From positions 1 through 64,000 of the forward strand of contig JAEOTO010000011.1 in assembly GCA_016839805.1 (NCBI GenBank): a stretch of 64,000 nt of DNA, read 5' to 3'. Below the pieces are notes generated by a model. It saw only the letters and a list, made by a program, of their open reading frames with translations. It was not told the origin of the DNA and searched no databases. Positions 1 through 10,579 of the stretch are shown here, in pieces; the stretch's first letter is position 1; every line of letters starts with the position of its first letter. A program made the position numbers and the translations under genes. This DNA comes from Candidatus Hermodarchaeota archaeon (GTDB lineage Archaea > Asgardarchaeota > Hermodarchaeia > Hermodarchaeales > Hermodarchaeaceae).

Positions 1-1579
1 GTACGCTGCTGAGTCCCACGCCGACGTGGTAGCTGTTATTCCACACGACCTCACAGCGCATTGTAACATTAGTTATCAGGTATGTATTGGGTGTGAAAGA
101 TGGAAAGGTCAGTAATCCAGCAACTGGAGTTTGAAACCATTCAGCAAGCGAAGTTCCCATTTCATCATAGGGATTAAACCGCCCTTCTCCATCCGTGTCG
201 GTCGTTACCTGAGCAGTGACATACAGTAAGTCCGTGATATTCACCTCGTCACCGGTCACATCCGTCGCCCCTCGCCAAATAGCAGGGGTTTGTACATAGT
301 TTGAGTCTGTGGAAATAACCCGCCAAAGTGTCCCATTACCTGCACCACCTGGCTCATCAATGAATAACCAACCAGGAGTTGAGCTGCTATCTTGAACTTG
401 ATAATTAATTGCTGGAATGAAAGTCGAACCGTTATACAAAAATTGCACAGTCCAATAGGATGGAAGAGAAAAGTTGAGGATTCGACTATTCGAGTCAGCA
501 CCCACATTAGGAAATGTAACAGAGGCGGTAATATTCCAGTTTGCTAAAGCAAGCTGATAATTTGTGAGAAATGCTGTTGTCCCGATAAAAGTTTGGTTAA
601 AAATCGCAAGATATGTGAAGTTTAAGGTGATAGGCCACGTTGCTGAAATGTCGAAAAATACCGAACTACTTGGCTCCGTGAATGTACTTTCCCACCATCC
701 GGAATTAGTTCCCATGTCATTAACTGATGAACCGTTAATTCTCAAATCAATCTGTTGCGGAGTTGGAAATTGACCGAGAGGTAAAATCGTAATATTCATC
801 ATACAATCATAGCCGGAAGTATGAACTGGTCCAAGCCAAACATAGCCATTATCAGGGGGCGATAACGCATCATCCCTAAAGCCCCAAGCAGCTTGAGCAC
901 TACCCTGGTTTTCCCAGTTGACAAAGAATGTATTGTCATAGGTATTGCTAGTATTCAAAAAAATGGGTGATGAAAAAGTGTGATTAATCCAACTTATCCC
1001 AGCAGAAACAAACTCAACATCTTCTGGGAGTAAATATAATTTCGTCTCGGGTCTTGGTGTTCCTGATGAATCTGTAGCATTGTATATCCAGATACGCGCA
1101 TCCGGTCCTGGACGAACTAAATTTCTATTAATATATGATTGAAGGCTGTGTAAATAGCAGCTATTTGTTAGTTTAAAGCTCATGTAGGGTTCTTGTGAGA
1201 ATGGAGGATATCCCTCAACTGATGTTTGATTTGTTTCAATATCGAGAATAACCGGATATGTTGCCGTGACATCATCTAAACTTACGTTCAGATAGGTTTG
1301 CCAATTACTAGGGTTTTGAATTGTGAAATCGGCAGCGTCGGTTGTTTCAGTTTTTGCGCTAGCCGTTTTATTGTATCGGGCAAATACCTCGGTTGAGTCG
1401 CCTGAACCGGTATATTGGCCGACAGGGTTTCCTCCACCGTAGGGAGGAATGGGTTTGCTATCGTTGGGCATTTTATTGGATAATGCTGCTGTGGGGATTT
1501 GTGAATATGGCAGATTAATTAGAAGAGGAAGGAGTAGGACGACGATGAGGGTCACTCTTCTCCAATGACGTCGTGCCAC
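1..1579 (-). CDS. Large secreted/surface (S-layer-like) glycoprotein, N-terminal part; runs off window edge
   Basis: Not in ORF track. GTG at 1579 behind a GGTGA RBS; translates MARRHWRRVTLIVVLLLPLLINLPYSQIPTAA (signal peptide) and stays open to base 1; Ser/Thr/Asn-rich with many N-x-S/T sequons. Confidence 0.75.
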   Translation of the reverse strand, partial: MARRHWRRVTLIVVLLLPLLINLPYSQIPTAALSNKMPNDSKPIPPYGGGNPVGQYTGSGDSTEVFARYNKTASAKTETTDAADFTIQNPSNWQTYLNVSLDDVTATYPVILDIETNQTSVEGYPPFSQEPYMSFKLTNSCYLHSLQSYINRNLVRPGPDARIWIYNATDSSGTPRPETKLYLLPEDVEFVSAGISWINHTFSSPIFLNTSNTYDNTFFVNWENQGSAQAAWGFRDDALSPPDNGYVWLGPVHTSGYDCMMNITILPLGQFPTPQQIDLRINGSSVNDMGTNSGWWESTFTEPSSSVFFDISATWPITLNFTYLAIFNQTFIGTTAFLTNYQLALANWNITASVTFPNVGADSNSRILNFSLPSYWTVQFLYNGSTFIPAINYQVQDSSSTPGWLFIDEPGGAGNGTLWRVISTDSNYVQTPAIWRGATDVTGDEVNITDLLYVTAQVTTDTDGEGRFNPYDEMGTSLAEWFQTPVAGLLTFPSFTPNTYLITNVTMRCEVVWNNSYHVGVGLSSV

Positions 1580-1785
1580 AGCCAGTTCACCAAGTAGCGT
1601 ATATGATACCCGCTTCTGCAATACGATGAGTGGAGGAGAACTTTTAGTTCTTTCTTTAAGCAAAAGCTTGTCCAAAGGCTCCTGCGATTTTCGCACAGCG
1701 AAAATTGGAATTAAGTCGGGTTATCGGTTGAGTCACAGCTAAATAGGTATGGAAGGGTACAAACGGCAAGCAGAAGGGTTGTGCT

Positions 1786-2127
1786 GTGATTACCTTTGAT
1801 GACTTTAAGAAGTTAGATTTTCGCGTTGCAACGATTGTTGAATCTGAGCCGGTTCCTGGAACGAAGAATTTACTCAAACTCCAAATCGATCTTGGTGAGT
1901 TAGGGAAACGCCAGATTGTAACGGGGCTAGCTCAATATTATTCAGCAGAATCGCTGTTGGGTCGACAACTGGTGGTGTTAGTGAACTTGAAATCTGCGGT
2001 GTTTCGTGGCGAGAAATCTGAAGGTATGTTACTTGCTGCAGAAGTTGGAAAACAAGGGGATCCTGACTATCAAGTAGTATTAGTTATACCAGAACGGGAG
2101 CTACCTCCTGGGACTCCTGTGCACTAG
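1786..2127 (+). CDS. tRNA-binding OB-fold protein (MetRS C-terminal/Trbp111/CsaA family)
   Basis: ITFDDFKKLDFRVATI...LQIDLG...RQIVTGL...NLK...SEGMLLAA motifs. Confidence 0.9.
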   Translation: MITFDDFKKLDFRVATIVESEPVPGTKNLLKLQIDLGELGKRQIVTGLAQYYSAESLLGRQLVVLVNLKSAVFRGEKSEGMLLAAEVGKQGDPDYQVVLVIPERELPPGTPVH

Positions 2128-2159
2128 CTTTTACGCTTAGCCACAATCATTCCATGTGA

Positions 2160-2912
2160 TTAGACGAACATGCCGCCTGCACCGTGATCATTTTCACGTT
2201 CTTGCTGGCGCTCAAGAAGCTGCTTGATTTCTTTTTCTATAATTTCGGCATCGGCCATGAGTTCCCCGGTGCTGATTTCGAGGTCGAAAAGCTTATTGAA
2301 AACTTCAATGGCGACGCTGGCTGCACGTGGATCTGGGCGGCCTCGTTCGGCATAGGGTAGAATGGTAAGTGCTGGAAAGTTCCGAATCTCATAATTAGCA
2401 AGTAGCAGAGCCAATGGACCATAGATTCCTCGTCCTTCTCCTAGGACTGGCAATTCGAATTTTTGAGCGGTTTCACGGTAAGCGACGGTATACGCAGTTC
2501 GATAGCGCTCCTCACCTTCTGCGAATTGTATATCAAGGCCTCCCCAAAGAATTGCTTCTTTGAACTCCTCTTTTACAGACCATTCGGCAATGGCTTCGGT
2601 AAAGGGCGCCCATTCGGCGCGATGTGGTTGAAGTCGTGTAAACAAGAGGATGAAGCGGTTATCATACTCATAGAGCTCAATAGGCATTAGCAGGCGGTCG
2701 CCACCAATGAACACGTGGGGAGGAACAAGTGGACTCATGATACATCCTATAGAGCGGGTATTTTTTTGAGCGACGAGATGACGCAGTACAATGTAACCGG
2801 TTTCACCTAAAGCGCTATGAAACCCAGTAACAAGTACTTTACCTTTCAGCTTTACATCAGGATCTCGTAGAATTATTTGAATTTCATCTGCGTATTCCAT
2901 TGAATTCGCCAT
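2160..2912 (-). CDS. PAC2-family proteasome assembly chaperone
   Basis: VTGFH..GETGYI, GIYGPLALLL, PDPRAA motifs. Confidence 0.85.
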   Translation of the reverse strand: MANSMEYADEIQIILRDPDVKLKGKVLVTGFHSALGETGYIVLRHLVAQKNTRSIGCIMSPLVPPHVFIGGDRLLMPIELYEYDNRFILLFTRLQPHRAEWAPFTEAIAEWSVKEEFKEAILWGGLDIQFAEGEERYRTAYTVAYRETAQKFELPVLGEGRGIYGPLALLLANYEIRNFPALTILPYAERGRPDPRAASVAIEVFNKLFDLEISTGELMADAEIIEKEIKQLLERQQERENDHGAGGMFV

Positions 2913-2959
2913 TCTATCGTATTGGCTGTAGCTGAATGACACTGCGTTTTAAGTATTTT

Positions 2960-4358
2960 GAAGAACTCACCGCCTTTCAATTCTGAGATTTATCGACACC
3001 CCCCCACCAGACGTAAAAAAGACCAACGAAGTCTTAACAAGGGATGCGACCACTAATCCAATACCGGAAAATTCGTATTTCACCTACTCCACAACAAGAA
3101 CATGTCTTATGGGTCCTATCCGAGAAATGTCGCCTTATCTACAACTTTGCCCTAGCTGAGCGACAACAACACTGGAAGGAAAACCATCTAAATCACGAAC
3201 TTTCATCACCTACACAAAGCAACAGAACGATTTACCTGCCATAAAAGCGCGTTTTCCCGATTACACTTGGGTCTATTCTAAAGTTCTACAAATGGTTTTA
3301 CGACGTCTAGATGCTGACTACAAATCTTTCTTTGCTCTTTGGAAAAAGGGTGATCAACGCGCGCGTCCACCCCGATTCAAAGGTAAGCAGCACTTCACCA
3401 CTCTCCACTATAATCAATCAGGCTTCATCATTGACACCAGTAACAAGACGATCAACTTTTCTCACAAACACCCCTCAGGAATAAAACTCCAATTCGAACT
3501 GCCTTGGTTGCCACCAATCACAGGCAGAGTAAAACAAGTGGAAATCTTTCAGGACCGACAATGTCGATGGTTCATAAATCTCATCATTGATGAAAACGCT
3601 CCCGAATATATTGATAACGGTCTATACCAGGCTATTGACTTAGGTGTCTTAAACATAATCACCGGGGTCAATATGCATGGAAAGTTCATCCAGATTCAGA
3701 ATCGTAGACCTGATATCTATTGGCAAAAGAAAATCCAGGAAGTTCAATCTAAACGCGATCATTGCAAGAAATATAGTAAAAAATGGCACAGATATACAGC
3801 CAAATTGCAGAAGATGCAATCTAAACTGACCAATCAGCTCCGTGACTTTCAACACAAAATCGCAAAGTGCGTGGTAGAGAACACCCGCGCTAACACAATT
3901 GCACTCGGTGCCCTAAACATCAAAACTATGGCGCAAAAGAAGAATCCAACTAATAATCCTCAACAAACAAAGACCAAAAAAACCTTGAACCGATCGTTAC
4001 AAAGTACTGGTTTTTTGGGGCGCTTTGCCGATTTCTTAACCTACAAAGCATGCAAAGTAGGGAAAAGAGTTGTAAGAATTGACGAAGCATACACCACCCA
4101 AACTTGTTGTGTTTGTGGCAATGTCCAGCGCCGGAAACTTTCAGAACGTTATGTTATATGCGATTGTGGAAACCCCCTTGACCGCGACCAAAACGCCGCA
4201 GTCAATATCATGGTCCGGTTCCTATCGCAGCAACCCCCTGTGAACGGGGAGCCATTACAAGCCTTCTTGAATGGCTTATATCGACACACAGCCCTGCCCT
4301 ACCTCCCCTGGGTAGTGGACTCGATAAAAACATCTGTAGCAATACGGAGGTAGTTCAC
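2960..4358 (+). mobile_element. IS200/IS605-family tnpB-only element (left end approximate)
   Basis: tnpB without tnpA; right end hairpin TCTGTA-gcaa-TACGGA followed by GGTAGTTCAC (ends 4358), typical of IS605-type right ends. Confidence 0.7.
3044..4353 (+). pseudogene. tnpB: TnpB RNA-guided nuclease, frameshifted near 3185-3195
   Basis: N-terminal HTH ORF (3044-3244) continues in another frame as ...ITYTKQQNDLP...YSKVLQMVLRRLD; RuvC-I AIDLG, Zn finger CCVCG...CDCG, RuvC-III DRDQNAAVNI; RuvC-II position reads GAL. Confidence 0.85.
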
Positions 4359-4502
4359 CGATTCTTCCCTGATAAGAGAAAAATCGCCATCTTTCTACAG
4401 GGTATTCCTTTGCTTCGAAATACATTTATGAGGTTAGGTCCGCAAATCGTGGTTATCAATCCGCTAATGCAGACATGAGTAACGTAGGAGAATCGTGAAA
4501 TT

Positions 4503-5762
4503 TTGACTGAACTCCATTTTCTGGGTGGCTGTAAAACCATCGGTAGTTCTGCATATCTCGTTAAAGAGGATAATACCTCAATCCTGCTGGATTTTGGGGC
4601 TTCCTTTAATGGTCACCCCACCTTTCCCCAAATGAGTAGACCTCCCAATCTCACAGTTGCCCTTAGCCATGCTCATCTCGACCACAGTGGTGGTCTTCCC
4701 CTCTTATTCGCAAGTAGCTCAGCACCGGTCTACATGACTGCCATTACACGTGATTTGATTCGGATTTTGCTTAAAGATATGTTGCGGTTAAGCAACTACT
4801 TCCTTCCCTATGAAAAACTTGAAGTAGATCGCCTATTCCGACGAATCAAAATTGTAGACTACAAAGAGCCAATTGAGGTTGGTCAGGATATCACCATAAC
4901 TCTTCATGATGCAGGACATATTCCTGGTAGCGCAGCAATCCAAGTTCAAACCCCAACGCATGATATTCTCTACACAGGTGATATTAACACAATTGACACT
5001 CAACTCTTGAAAGCTGCCCGGCATCCCACGTCATCGGACACATTAATCATGGAAAGTACCTACGCACTCACAGCGCATAAAAGTCGAAACGAAATCGAAG
5101 AGGAATTTATTGAAACCACTGAAACGATCATCGATAATGATGGAATAGTACTTGTACCAGCTTTTGCTGTCGCACGAGCACAGGAAATTCTTTGTATCCT
5201 TAAACGCTACAAAGTCTCTTATCCTATCTATATGGATGGAATGGCGCGAGAAGCGGCTCGAATCTTTCTCCGTCATCCTAAGTTCTTCCGAAATTACAGA
5301 CTGCTCAAGAGTGCTTTACGGAACACACAGTGGGTACAAAATCGTCGACAACGTGAACGAATCACCAAGAATCCCGGGCTAGTTGTCGCTCCTGCTGGAA
5401 TGTTACGGGGAGGAACAGCAGCCATGTATCTTAGTCAAATCATGCATAATCCCAAAAATGCTGTACTCTTAGTGGGTTATCAAATCCCTGGCACCCCTGG
5501 ACGGGATCTCCTCGAAAACGGCTCATTCGATGATGGAAGTGGACCCAAACGTGTAAAAGCGAAATTCGAACTCTTTGATTTCTCCTCCCATGCTGGGAAA
5601 AACCAGTTACTAGAACTAGGGCGCTCATTTTCGAATGCTACCGAAGTTTTTACCGTACACGGTGAAGCTGAAGCTTGTGAGTCTCTGGCCAAGGACTTGC
5701 ATAAACAGTATAGCATAAATGCCCGTGTTGCTGAGACAGGACAAAGGCTCGAACTATCATAA
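4503..5762 (+). CDS. MBL-fold beta-CASP ribonuclease (aCPSF2-like)
   Basis: SHAHLDH, AGHIPGS, YTGD, MESTY, PAFAVARAQE, FSSHAG, VHGE motifs. Confidence 0.9.
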   Translation: MTELHFLGGCKTIGSSAYLVKEDNTSILLDFGASFNGHPTFPQMSRPPNLTVALSHAHLDHSGGLPLLFASSSAPVYMTAITRDLIRILLKDMLRLSNYFLPYEKLEVDRLFRRIKIVDYKEPIEVGQDITITLHDAGHIPGSAAIQVQTPTHDILYTGDINTIDTQLLKAARHPTSSDTLIMESTYALTAHKSRNEIEEEFIETTETIIDNDGIVLVPAFAVARAQEILCILKRYKVSYPIYMDGMAREAARIFLRHPKFFRNYRLLKSALRNTQWVQNRRQRERITKNPGLVVAPAGMLRGGTAAMYLSQIMHNPKNAVLLVGYQIPGTPGRDLLENGSFDDGSGPKRVKAKFELFDFSSHAGKNQLLELGRSFSNATEVFTVHGEAEACESLAKDLHKQYSINARVAETGQRLELS

Positions 5763-5775
5763 AAATGGTGAAAAA

Positions 5776-6654
5776 ATGATGGCTGATGAATTACCTGTTA
5801 TATCCGGGGCTCGCAGTACCATTATCGCCAATCTCATCACGTCGATGATTGCAGCGGGGCTTTTAGGTATTATCGTTGCTTTGGCTGGTGTTCGATTTTA
5901 CGCTGAACCCATCCCTGAATCAGCTTTTGGTCCTTTAGCTGGGATTGCAAACGCCATCCTTTTTGTCGTGCTCGCAACAGTCGGTGCAACTATGGTAGTG
6001 CTCCTACTGAAATATGGAAAAGAACACATTCTCAAATACATCTTAATAATTGCATTTGGCTTCATCAGTATCGTTATTGTCATTTATTTTGGCTACATGT
6101 TCTTCCTTGTCTTCCAATTTGTCGATCCAATTCTTGCAGCCTTCATCATTATCGCCTTCATTATGACTGCTGGATTGGCATTCGTCATGGTAGATTCTGA
6201 AAATCGGATAAAGAATGGAGGGTTGTTGATATTTGGGGGTGCCGTGGGAGCCTTTTTGGGAGTAGTTCTGCCTGTATGGACGAGTGTGCTACTACTCGTC
6301 GGATTGGCCATTTACGATTATTTCTCAGTGAAAAGAGGTCCAATTCGCAAAATCGTGGAACTCACAGAAGATGATCCTGACAAACTTACAGCCCTCGCTG
6401 TGTCTACCTCTGAATGGGATATTGGCCTCGGAGATGTGGCATTTTATGGAATGATTACCGTTCTCGCCATTGTCAATTACGGCATGCTTACCGCGTTGTT
6501 AGCCGTCATCGGCGTTATCAGCGGATTTTTAATCACCCTAAAAATGCTTGAAAAACGAGGAGTAATGGCTGGGCTTCCCATCCCAATTGGACTGGGACTG
6601 CTAGGATTTGCCATTGGCATACTGGTAACTTTCTTCTTCCCATTTGTGCCCTAA
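5776..6654 (+). CDS. Presenilin-family GxGD intramembrane aspartyl protease
   Basis: About 9 TM helices, catalytic YD (LAIYDYFSV) and GLGD, PAL-like AGLP. Confidence 0.85.
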   Translation: MMADELPVISGARSTIIANLITSMIAAGLLGIIVALAGVRFYAEPIPESAFGPLAGIANAILFVVLATVGATMVVLLLKYGKEHILKYILIIAFGFISIVIVIYFGYMFFLVFQFVDPILAAFIIIAFIMTAGLAFVMVDSENRIKNGGLLIFGGAVGAFLGVVLPVWTSVLLLVGLAIYDYFSVKRGPIRKIVELTEDDPDKLTALAVSTSEWDIGLGDVAFYGMITVLAIVNYGMLTALLAVIGVISGFLITLKMLEKRGVMAGLPIPIGLGLLGFAIGILVTFFFPFVP

Positions 6655-6684
6655 TCATGTCAGACAAAAGAAAGGCTTGATTGC

Positions 6685-6879
6685 TCAAACATCGATAATG
6701 GGAACTTTTATTCCTGCTAAAAGGCGTTCTGCTGTGCCTGGGTCGGTTTTGAATGTGTAGAGGTGACTAGGGGTTCGCAACTTTAATTTGACCAAGTCAC
6801 GAAGTCGTTTCACGCGACATTCACTAGCACGTTCAACAATTTCTAAGAATTCTTCCTCGCTTTGAATTTCTCGTGGCAT
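6685..6879 (-). CDS. rpl38e: Ribosomal protein eL38
   Basis: MPREI...CRVKR...VKLKLRT..HLYT signature. Confidence 0.85.
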   Translation of the reverse strand: MPREIQSEEEFLEIVERASECRVKRLRDLVKLKLRTPSHLYTFKTDPGTAERLLAGIKVPIIDV

Positions 6880-6985
6880 CTTTTTCATCCACCAGGCGAT
6901 TGGCTACGAGGCTAAATTCCGACTTAAAAGCATTGTGATGGTCCGGCAATCTACTGATTCAATTTTCTCTGTTACCTTGAGGGTG

Positions 6986-7093
6986 TGGTGGGCCGGGCGT
7001 GAATTGAACACGCGACCTCCGCCGTTTCCTCGTATCCTACCAATGGGAGCGGGATTCAGTGAGAGCGGCGTCATACCACTAGACTACCGGCCC
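6986..7093 (-). tRNA. tRNA-Val(CAC) with 33-nt intron (7026-7058), apparently at non-canonical position 36/37
   Basis: Mature GGGCCGGTAGTCTAGTGGTATGACGCCGCTCTCAC/ACGGCGGAGGTCGCGTGTTCAATTCACGCCCGGCCCACCA (75 nt, CCA encoded); helix TCTC/GAGG with ACT and AAA bulges. Confidence 0.9.
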
Positions 7094-7107
7094 AACGAGG
7101 TATACGT

Positions 7108-7269
7108 CTACTTCGAGATCTCGCGTCGTTTCGGTCGCAGATTTTTGCGTCGACACCGGCGACACTTCGTAGCCTTAAAGGGGTTTTTTGCTCCACAATC
7201 ACGACAAATAGTAACATAGAGGAGATGACGTAGGGCAATACGACGTTTTTCGGGATCAGCGACAGGCAT
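7108..7269 (-). CDS. rpl40e: Ribosomal protein eL40 (53 aa, missed by ORF track)
   Basis: MPVADPEKRRIALRHLLYVTICRDCGAKNPFKATKCRRCRRKNLRPKRREISK. Confidence 0.92.
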   Translation of the reverse strand: MPVADPEKRRIALRHLLYVTICRDCGAKNPFKATKCRRCRRKNLRPKRREISK

Positions 7270-7327
7270 CGTGTTCACCTAATGCGGGTGCGCTTGCAAT
7301 TGGTGCCTTATTAAAATATCGCGTGAA

Positions 7328-8197
7328 TTAGAGTATCTTTTGTAAGGCTTCATCAACATCAATGGGTCGATCAATGACGGTTGCTCCGGCGTTTCGGAGG
7401 GCTTTGATTTTTCCATCAGCAGTACCTGTTTGTCCACTAACAATTGCCCCTGCATGACCCATCCGTTTGCCTTTAGGTGCAGTACGTCCTGCAATGTATG
7501 CAATTACGGGTTTTGAAATATGCTTCTTGATAAAAGTGGCTGCTGCTTCTTCGGCACTTCCACCAATTTCTCCGATTAATACGGTAGCATCAGTCCCCTC
7601 ATCGGCTTCAAAGAGTTTGAGAGCGTCTACAAAAGACATTCCCACAATGGGATCGCCACCAATTCCGAGGGCCGTAGATTGGCCAAACCCTGCCTCCGTT
7701 AAACTCGCTGCTACCTCATAGGTGAGTGTGCCACTCCGTGAAATGAGTCCCACTCGCCCGGGTTTGAAAACGTGGGCCGGCATGATGCCAAGTTTACATT
7801 GCCCTGGTGTTATAATACCGGGGGTGTTAGGACCAACGATATAGCTGCCTTGGCGGCGAGCAAGCTCAACGAAACGCATCTCGTCATGAACCGGAATATG
7901 CTCTGTGATCAAGCTTACGACCTTAAGCCCAGCATCTAAGGCTTCATAAGTTGCATCTGCCGCAAACCGGGCTGGCACGAATATGATGGAGGCATTAATT
8001 TCTGGAAACTGCTTCTTTGCTTCGACAACACTGTCAAACACAGGAATTCCTTCAACTTCTTGCCCACTCTTCCCTGGCGTGGTACCCGCAAGAATAGCTG
8101 TTCCATAATCTAACATTGCCTTAGTGTGAAAGTGCCCCTCTCGACCGGTTATCCCTTGAACGATTACTTTGGTTGTCTTATCAACTAGAATTGTCAT
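7328..8197 (-). CDS. sucD: Succinyl-CoA synthetase alpha subunit
   Basis: [27 protein letters not shown] phospho-His motif. Confidence 0.95.
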   Translation of the reverse strand: MTILVDKTTKVIVQGITGREGHFHTKAMLDYGTAILAGTTPGKSGQEVEGIPVFDSVVEAKKQFPEINASIIFVPARFAADATYEALDAGLKVVSLITEHIPVHDEMRFVELARRQGSYIVGPNTPGIITPGQCKLGIMPAHVFKPGRVGLISRSGTLTYEVAASLTEAGFGQSTALGIGGDPIVGMSFVDALKLFEADEGTDATVLIGEIGGSAEEAAATFIKKHISKPVIAYIAGRTAPKGKRMGHAGAIVSGQTGTADGKIKALRNAGATVIDRPIDVDEALQKIL

Positions 8198-8199
8198 TG

Positions 8200-9345
8200 T
8201 TATTCTCTCTTCGTTACTTGTTCGACAACACGTTTCGCAGCAGCATCCATCGAATTGAGGAATGGAATCTTAGCGGCTGCAAGGATTTCTGCCCCTTCTT
8301 TTTCCCGTGTTCCAATCATTCGAATAACGATTGGAACATCTCGGGGCAGAGTTTTTTGAGCATCAATAATACCTCGGGCCATTTCATCGCAACGTGTAAT
8401 ACCACCAAGAATGTTGATGAAAACAGCTTCAACATCAGGGTGGGATAATACAATCTCAAGGGCATTACACATTCGATCCGCCGTTGCCCCGCCACCCACA
8501 TCAAGAAAGTTAGCCGGAGCGCCACCGTAATATTTGACCGCATCCATCGTGGCCATTACTAGACCGGCACCATTACCAATAATCCCAATGTTGCCCTCTA
8601 ATTCCACGTACGTCATTCCAAGTTCGTGCGCTTGTTGTTCAAGTTTGGTTTTTTCTGAAATCCCTGCACCAACACGTTCCAGCAGAGCCTGATGACGAAA
8701 CAGTGAGTTATCATCGACGTTGAGTCGTGCATCAGCTGCAATGAATTTTCCATCAGGGGTGACAATAAGGGGGTTAATCTCGGTGAGTTCTGCGTCATTT
8801 TCAATGAAGACCTGCCAAAGCCGTAACAGAAGTCCTGCCACCTGTAATATTGTCTTACCTTCAAACCCAGCGTTTTTTGCTAGTTGTCGTGCTTCGAAAT
8901 CACGTAAGCCCAAGATTGGATCTATCAAAGCGCGAGCAATTTTCTCTGGATATTTCTCTGCCACCTGTTCAATATCGACCCCACCCATTGCACTACAAAT
9001 TGCTACAGGCTTTCTTTTGCTACGATCGATTGTTATTCCCAGATAGATTTCTTGTTTAATCTCAAGTCGTTGTTCGATGAGTACACGTCGAACCTGATGA
9101 TCATGAATTGTCATCTTTAAAATTTCAGCCGCAGTTTCTCTCGCAGCTTCAGGTGTATCGGCAAATTTGATGCCACCAGCTTTTCCTCGTCCACCCGCAA
9201 GTATCTGGGCTTTAATCACCACGGGACAGGCGAGATCTCCCGTGATTTTTGCTGCCTCTTGTGCAGTGGATGCCAGTCCGGAGGGTGGAAGGGGTAAACC
9301 AACCTTGCGAAATGCCTCTTTTGCTTCGTATTCAAAGAGCCGCAT
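8200..9345 (-). CDS. sucC: Succinyl-CoA synthetase beta subunit
   Basis: [39 protein letters not shown]. Confidence 0.95.
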   Translation of the reverse strand: MRLFEYEAKEAFRKVGLPLPPSGLASTAQEAAKITGDLACPVVIKAQILAGGRGKAGGIKFADTPEAARETAAEILKMTIHDHQVRRVLIEQRLEIKQEIYLGITIDRSKRKPVAICSAMGGVDIEQVAEKYPEKIARALIDPILGLRDFEARQLAKNAGFEGKTILQVAGLLLRLWQVFIENDAELTEINPLIVTPDGKFIAADARLNVDDNSLFRHQALLERVGAGISEKTKLEQQAHELGMTYVELEGNIGIIGNGAGLVMATMDAVKYYGGAPANFLDVGGGATADRMCNALEIVLSHPDVEAVFINILGGITRCDEMARGIIDAQKTLPRDVPIVIRMIGTREKEGAEILAAAKIPFLNSMDAAAKRVVEQVTKRE

Positions 9346-9359
9346 GAAAAGTTCCTCCC

Positions 9360-9848
9360 TTAGATGGCATCAGGGGTCCACGTCGTGAGCACAGTATGTG
9401 TCGAAGTTTCAACGACGCCGTCAATATTAGCCACTTTTGAAAGAAAATCTGCTAACTCGGCTCCGCTGACAGCTACTACCATATCCACTGTTCCGGTGAC
9501 ACGATGAAGTCGCAGCGGGTTAATCTGAGTGATTTGCTCATAGACTTGAACACGTTTCCTTGGTTCAACCTTGAGAAAGATAAGTGCTTCGTCGGTTGAC
9601 TTACCCAGTAAGCGTAAGGAGTCAGGTGATAAATCGATAAAACCACGACCGGTTCGGATAAGTTTGAGTTCGCGCAGTCTTTTCAAATGGTTGCTCAACG
9701 CCTGCCGAGTAATCTTTAATTCTTTAGCCAATTCTTTTTGGGTTCTTTTTACTGTCTGGACAGACATAGGAATGCTAGCATGGTACAGTTTACGCAGAAT
9801 ATCAAGCTGGCGTTCAGTTAATCGTACGGCTCTATCTACGAGTTCCAA
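9360..9848 (-). CDS. Lrp/AsnC-like transcriptional regulator (wHTH + RAM domain) leading the suc operon
   Basis: TQKELAKELKITRQALSNHL HTH; C-terminal RVTGTVD...IDGVVETST. Confidence 0.8.
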   Translation of the reverse strand: MELVDRAVRLTERQLDILRKLYHASIPMSVQTVKRTQKELAKELKITRQALSNHLKRLRELKLIRTGRGFIDLSPDSLRLLGKSTDEALIFLKVEPRKRVQVYEQITQINPLRLHRVTGTVDMVVAVSGAELADFLSKVANIDGVVETSTHTVLTTWTPDAI

Positions 9849-10054
9849 TCTTATCTACACCTGGGGAAATCAACTATCTGTCGAGTAGGAGAATTGCCTT
9901 TTGAGCATTGTTCTTGTGTAAAGTAAATTAGACACCAATGACAAGGTATCCTTAGGGATGTTACATGGGAACGTTTTTTAACTTTCCAGCATAGCCAACC
10001 CGTGAAACCTGAATCATCCCGCTAGTGTAACCGTGAAAAATAGAAGGTTTAATC

Positions 10055-10564
10055 GTGAAATCCCCCCTCTGCTCTATCTGTTTGAAGAATTATCCTCTCA
10101 TTTGTGGTAATTGTCAAGAGAAGATTAGTGAAGGCGAAGTTAGTGAGGTCGATGTAAAGGTCGCTCGCGTATTAGTAAACCTCGAAGACCTCTTCCCTTC
10201 CATCAAAGATGTCACCTTCAAACGAGTCATTGAAACGAATGGATTGATAATCGTGTTAGTTGATAAAGGGGATGTTCGACGAATACTCGGGTCAAGTCGC
10301 CGGATCTTACGGGAATTAGAAAAGGAGCTCAATACAAAGGTTCGAATTGTCGAAGAGAGCAGGAATCCCCAAAATATTCTACGAGATCTTATCCGTCCCG
10401 TTCGAATTCTTGGTGTCAACACCATTTGGTTGCCTGATAATAGTTTCGAAAAAAAGGTTCGAATTAGTGCACGTGAACGTGAGAATATTCCTCTAACGTT
10501 GCAACAGCTAGAAAACGCCATCTATGAATTAACCGGTGAACGGATTCGCATCGCCTTTGATTAG
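10055..10564 (+). CDS. NusA-like KH-domain protein with N-terminal Cys motif
   Basis: PLCSICLK..LICGNC; KVRIVE; PVRILGVNTIWLPD. Confidence 0.7.
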   Translation: MKSPLCSICLKNYPLICGNCQEKISEGEVSEVDVKVARVLVNLEDLFPSIKDVTFKRVIETNGLIIVLVDKGDVRRILGSSRRILRELEKELNTKVRIVEESRNPQNILRDLIRPVRILGVNTIWLPDNSFEKKVRISARERENIPLTLQQLENAIYELTGERIRIAFD

Positions 10565-10579
10565 ATCTAAAAATTAGGG

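Noticed and set aside
6935-7219. 94-aa plus-strand ORF
   Set aside because: Antisense shadow of tRNA-Val and rpl40e
7108-7269. Ubiquitin-eL40 fusion
   Set aside because: The ORF starts right behind a GGTGA RBS with no ubiquitin-like domain upstream
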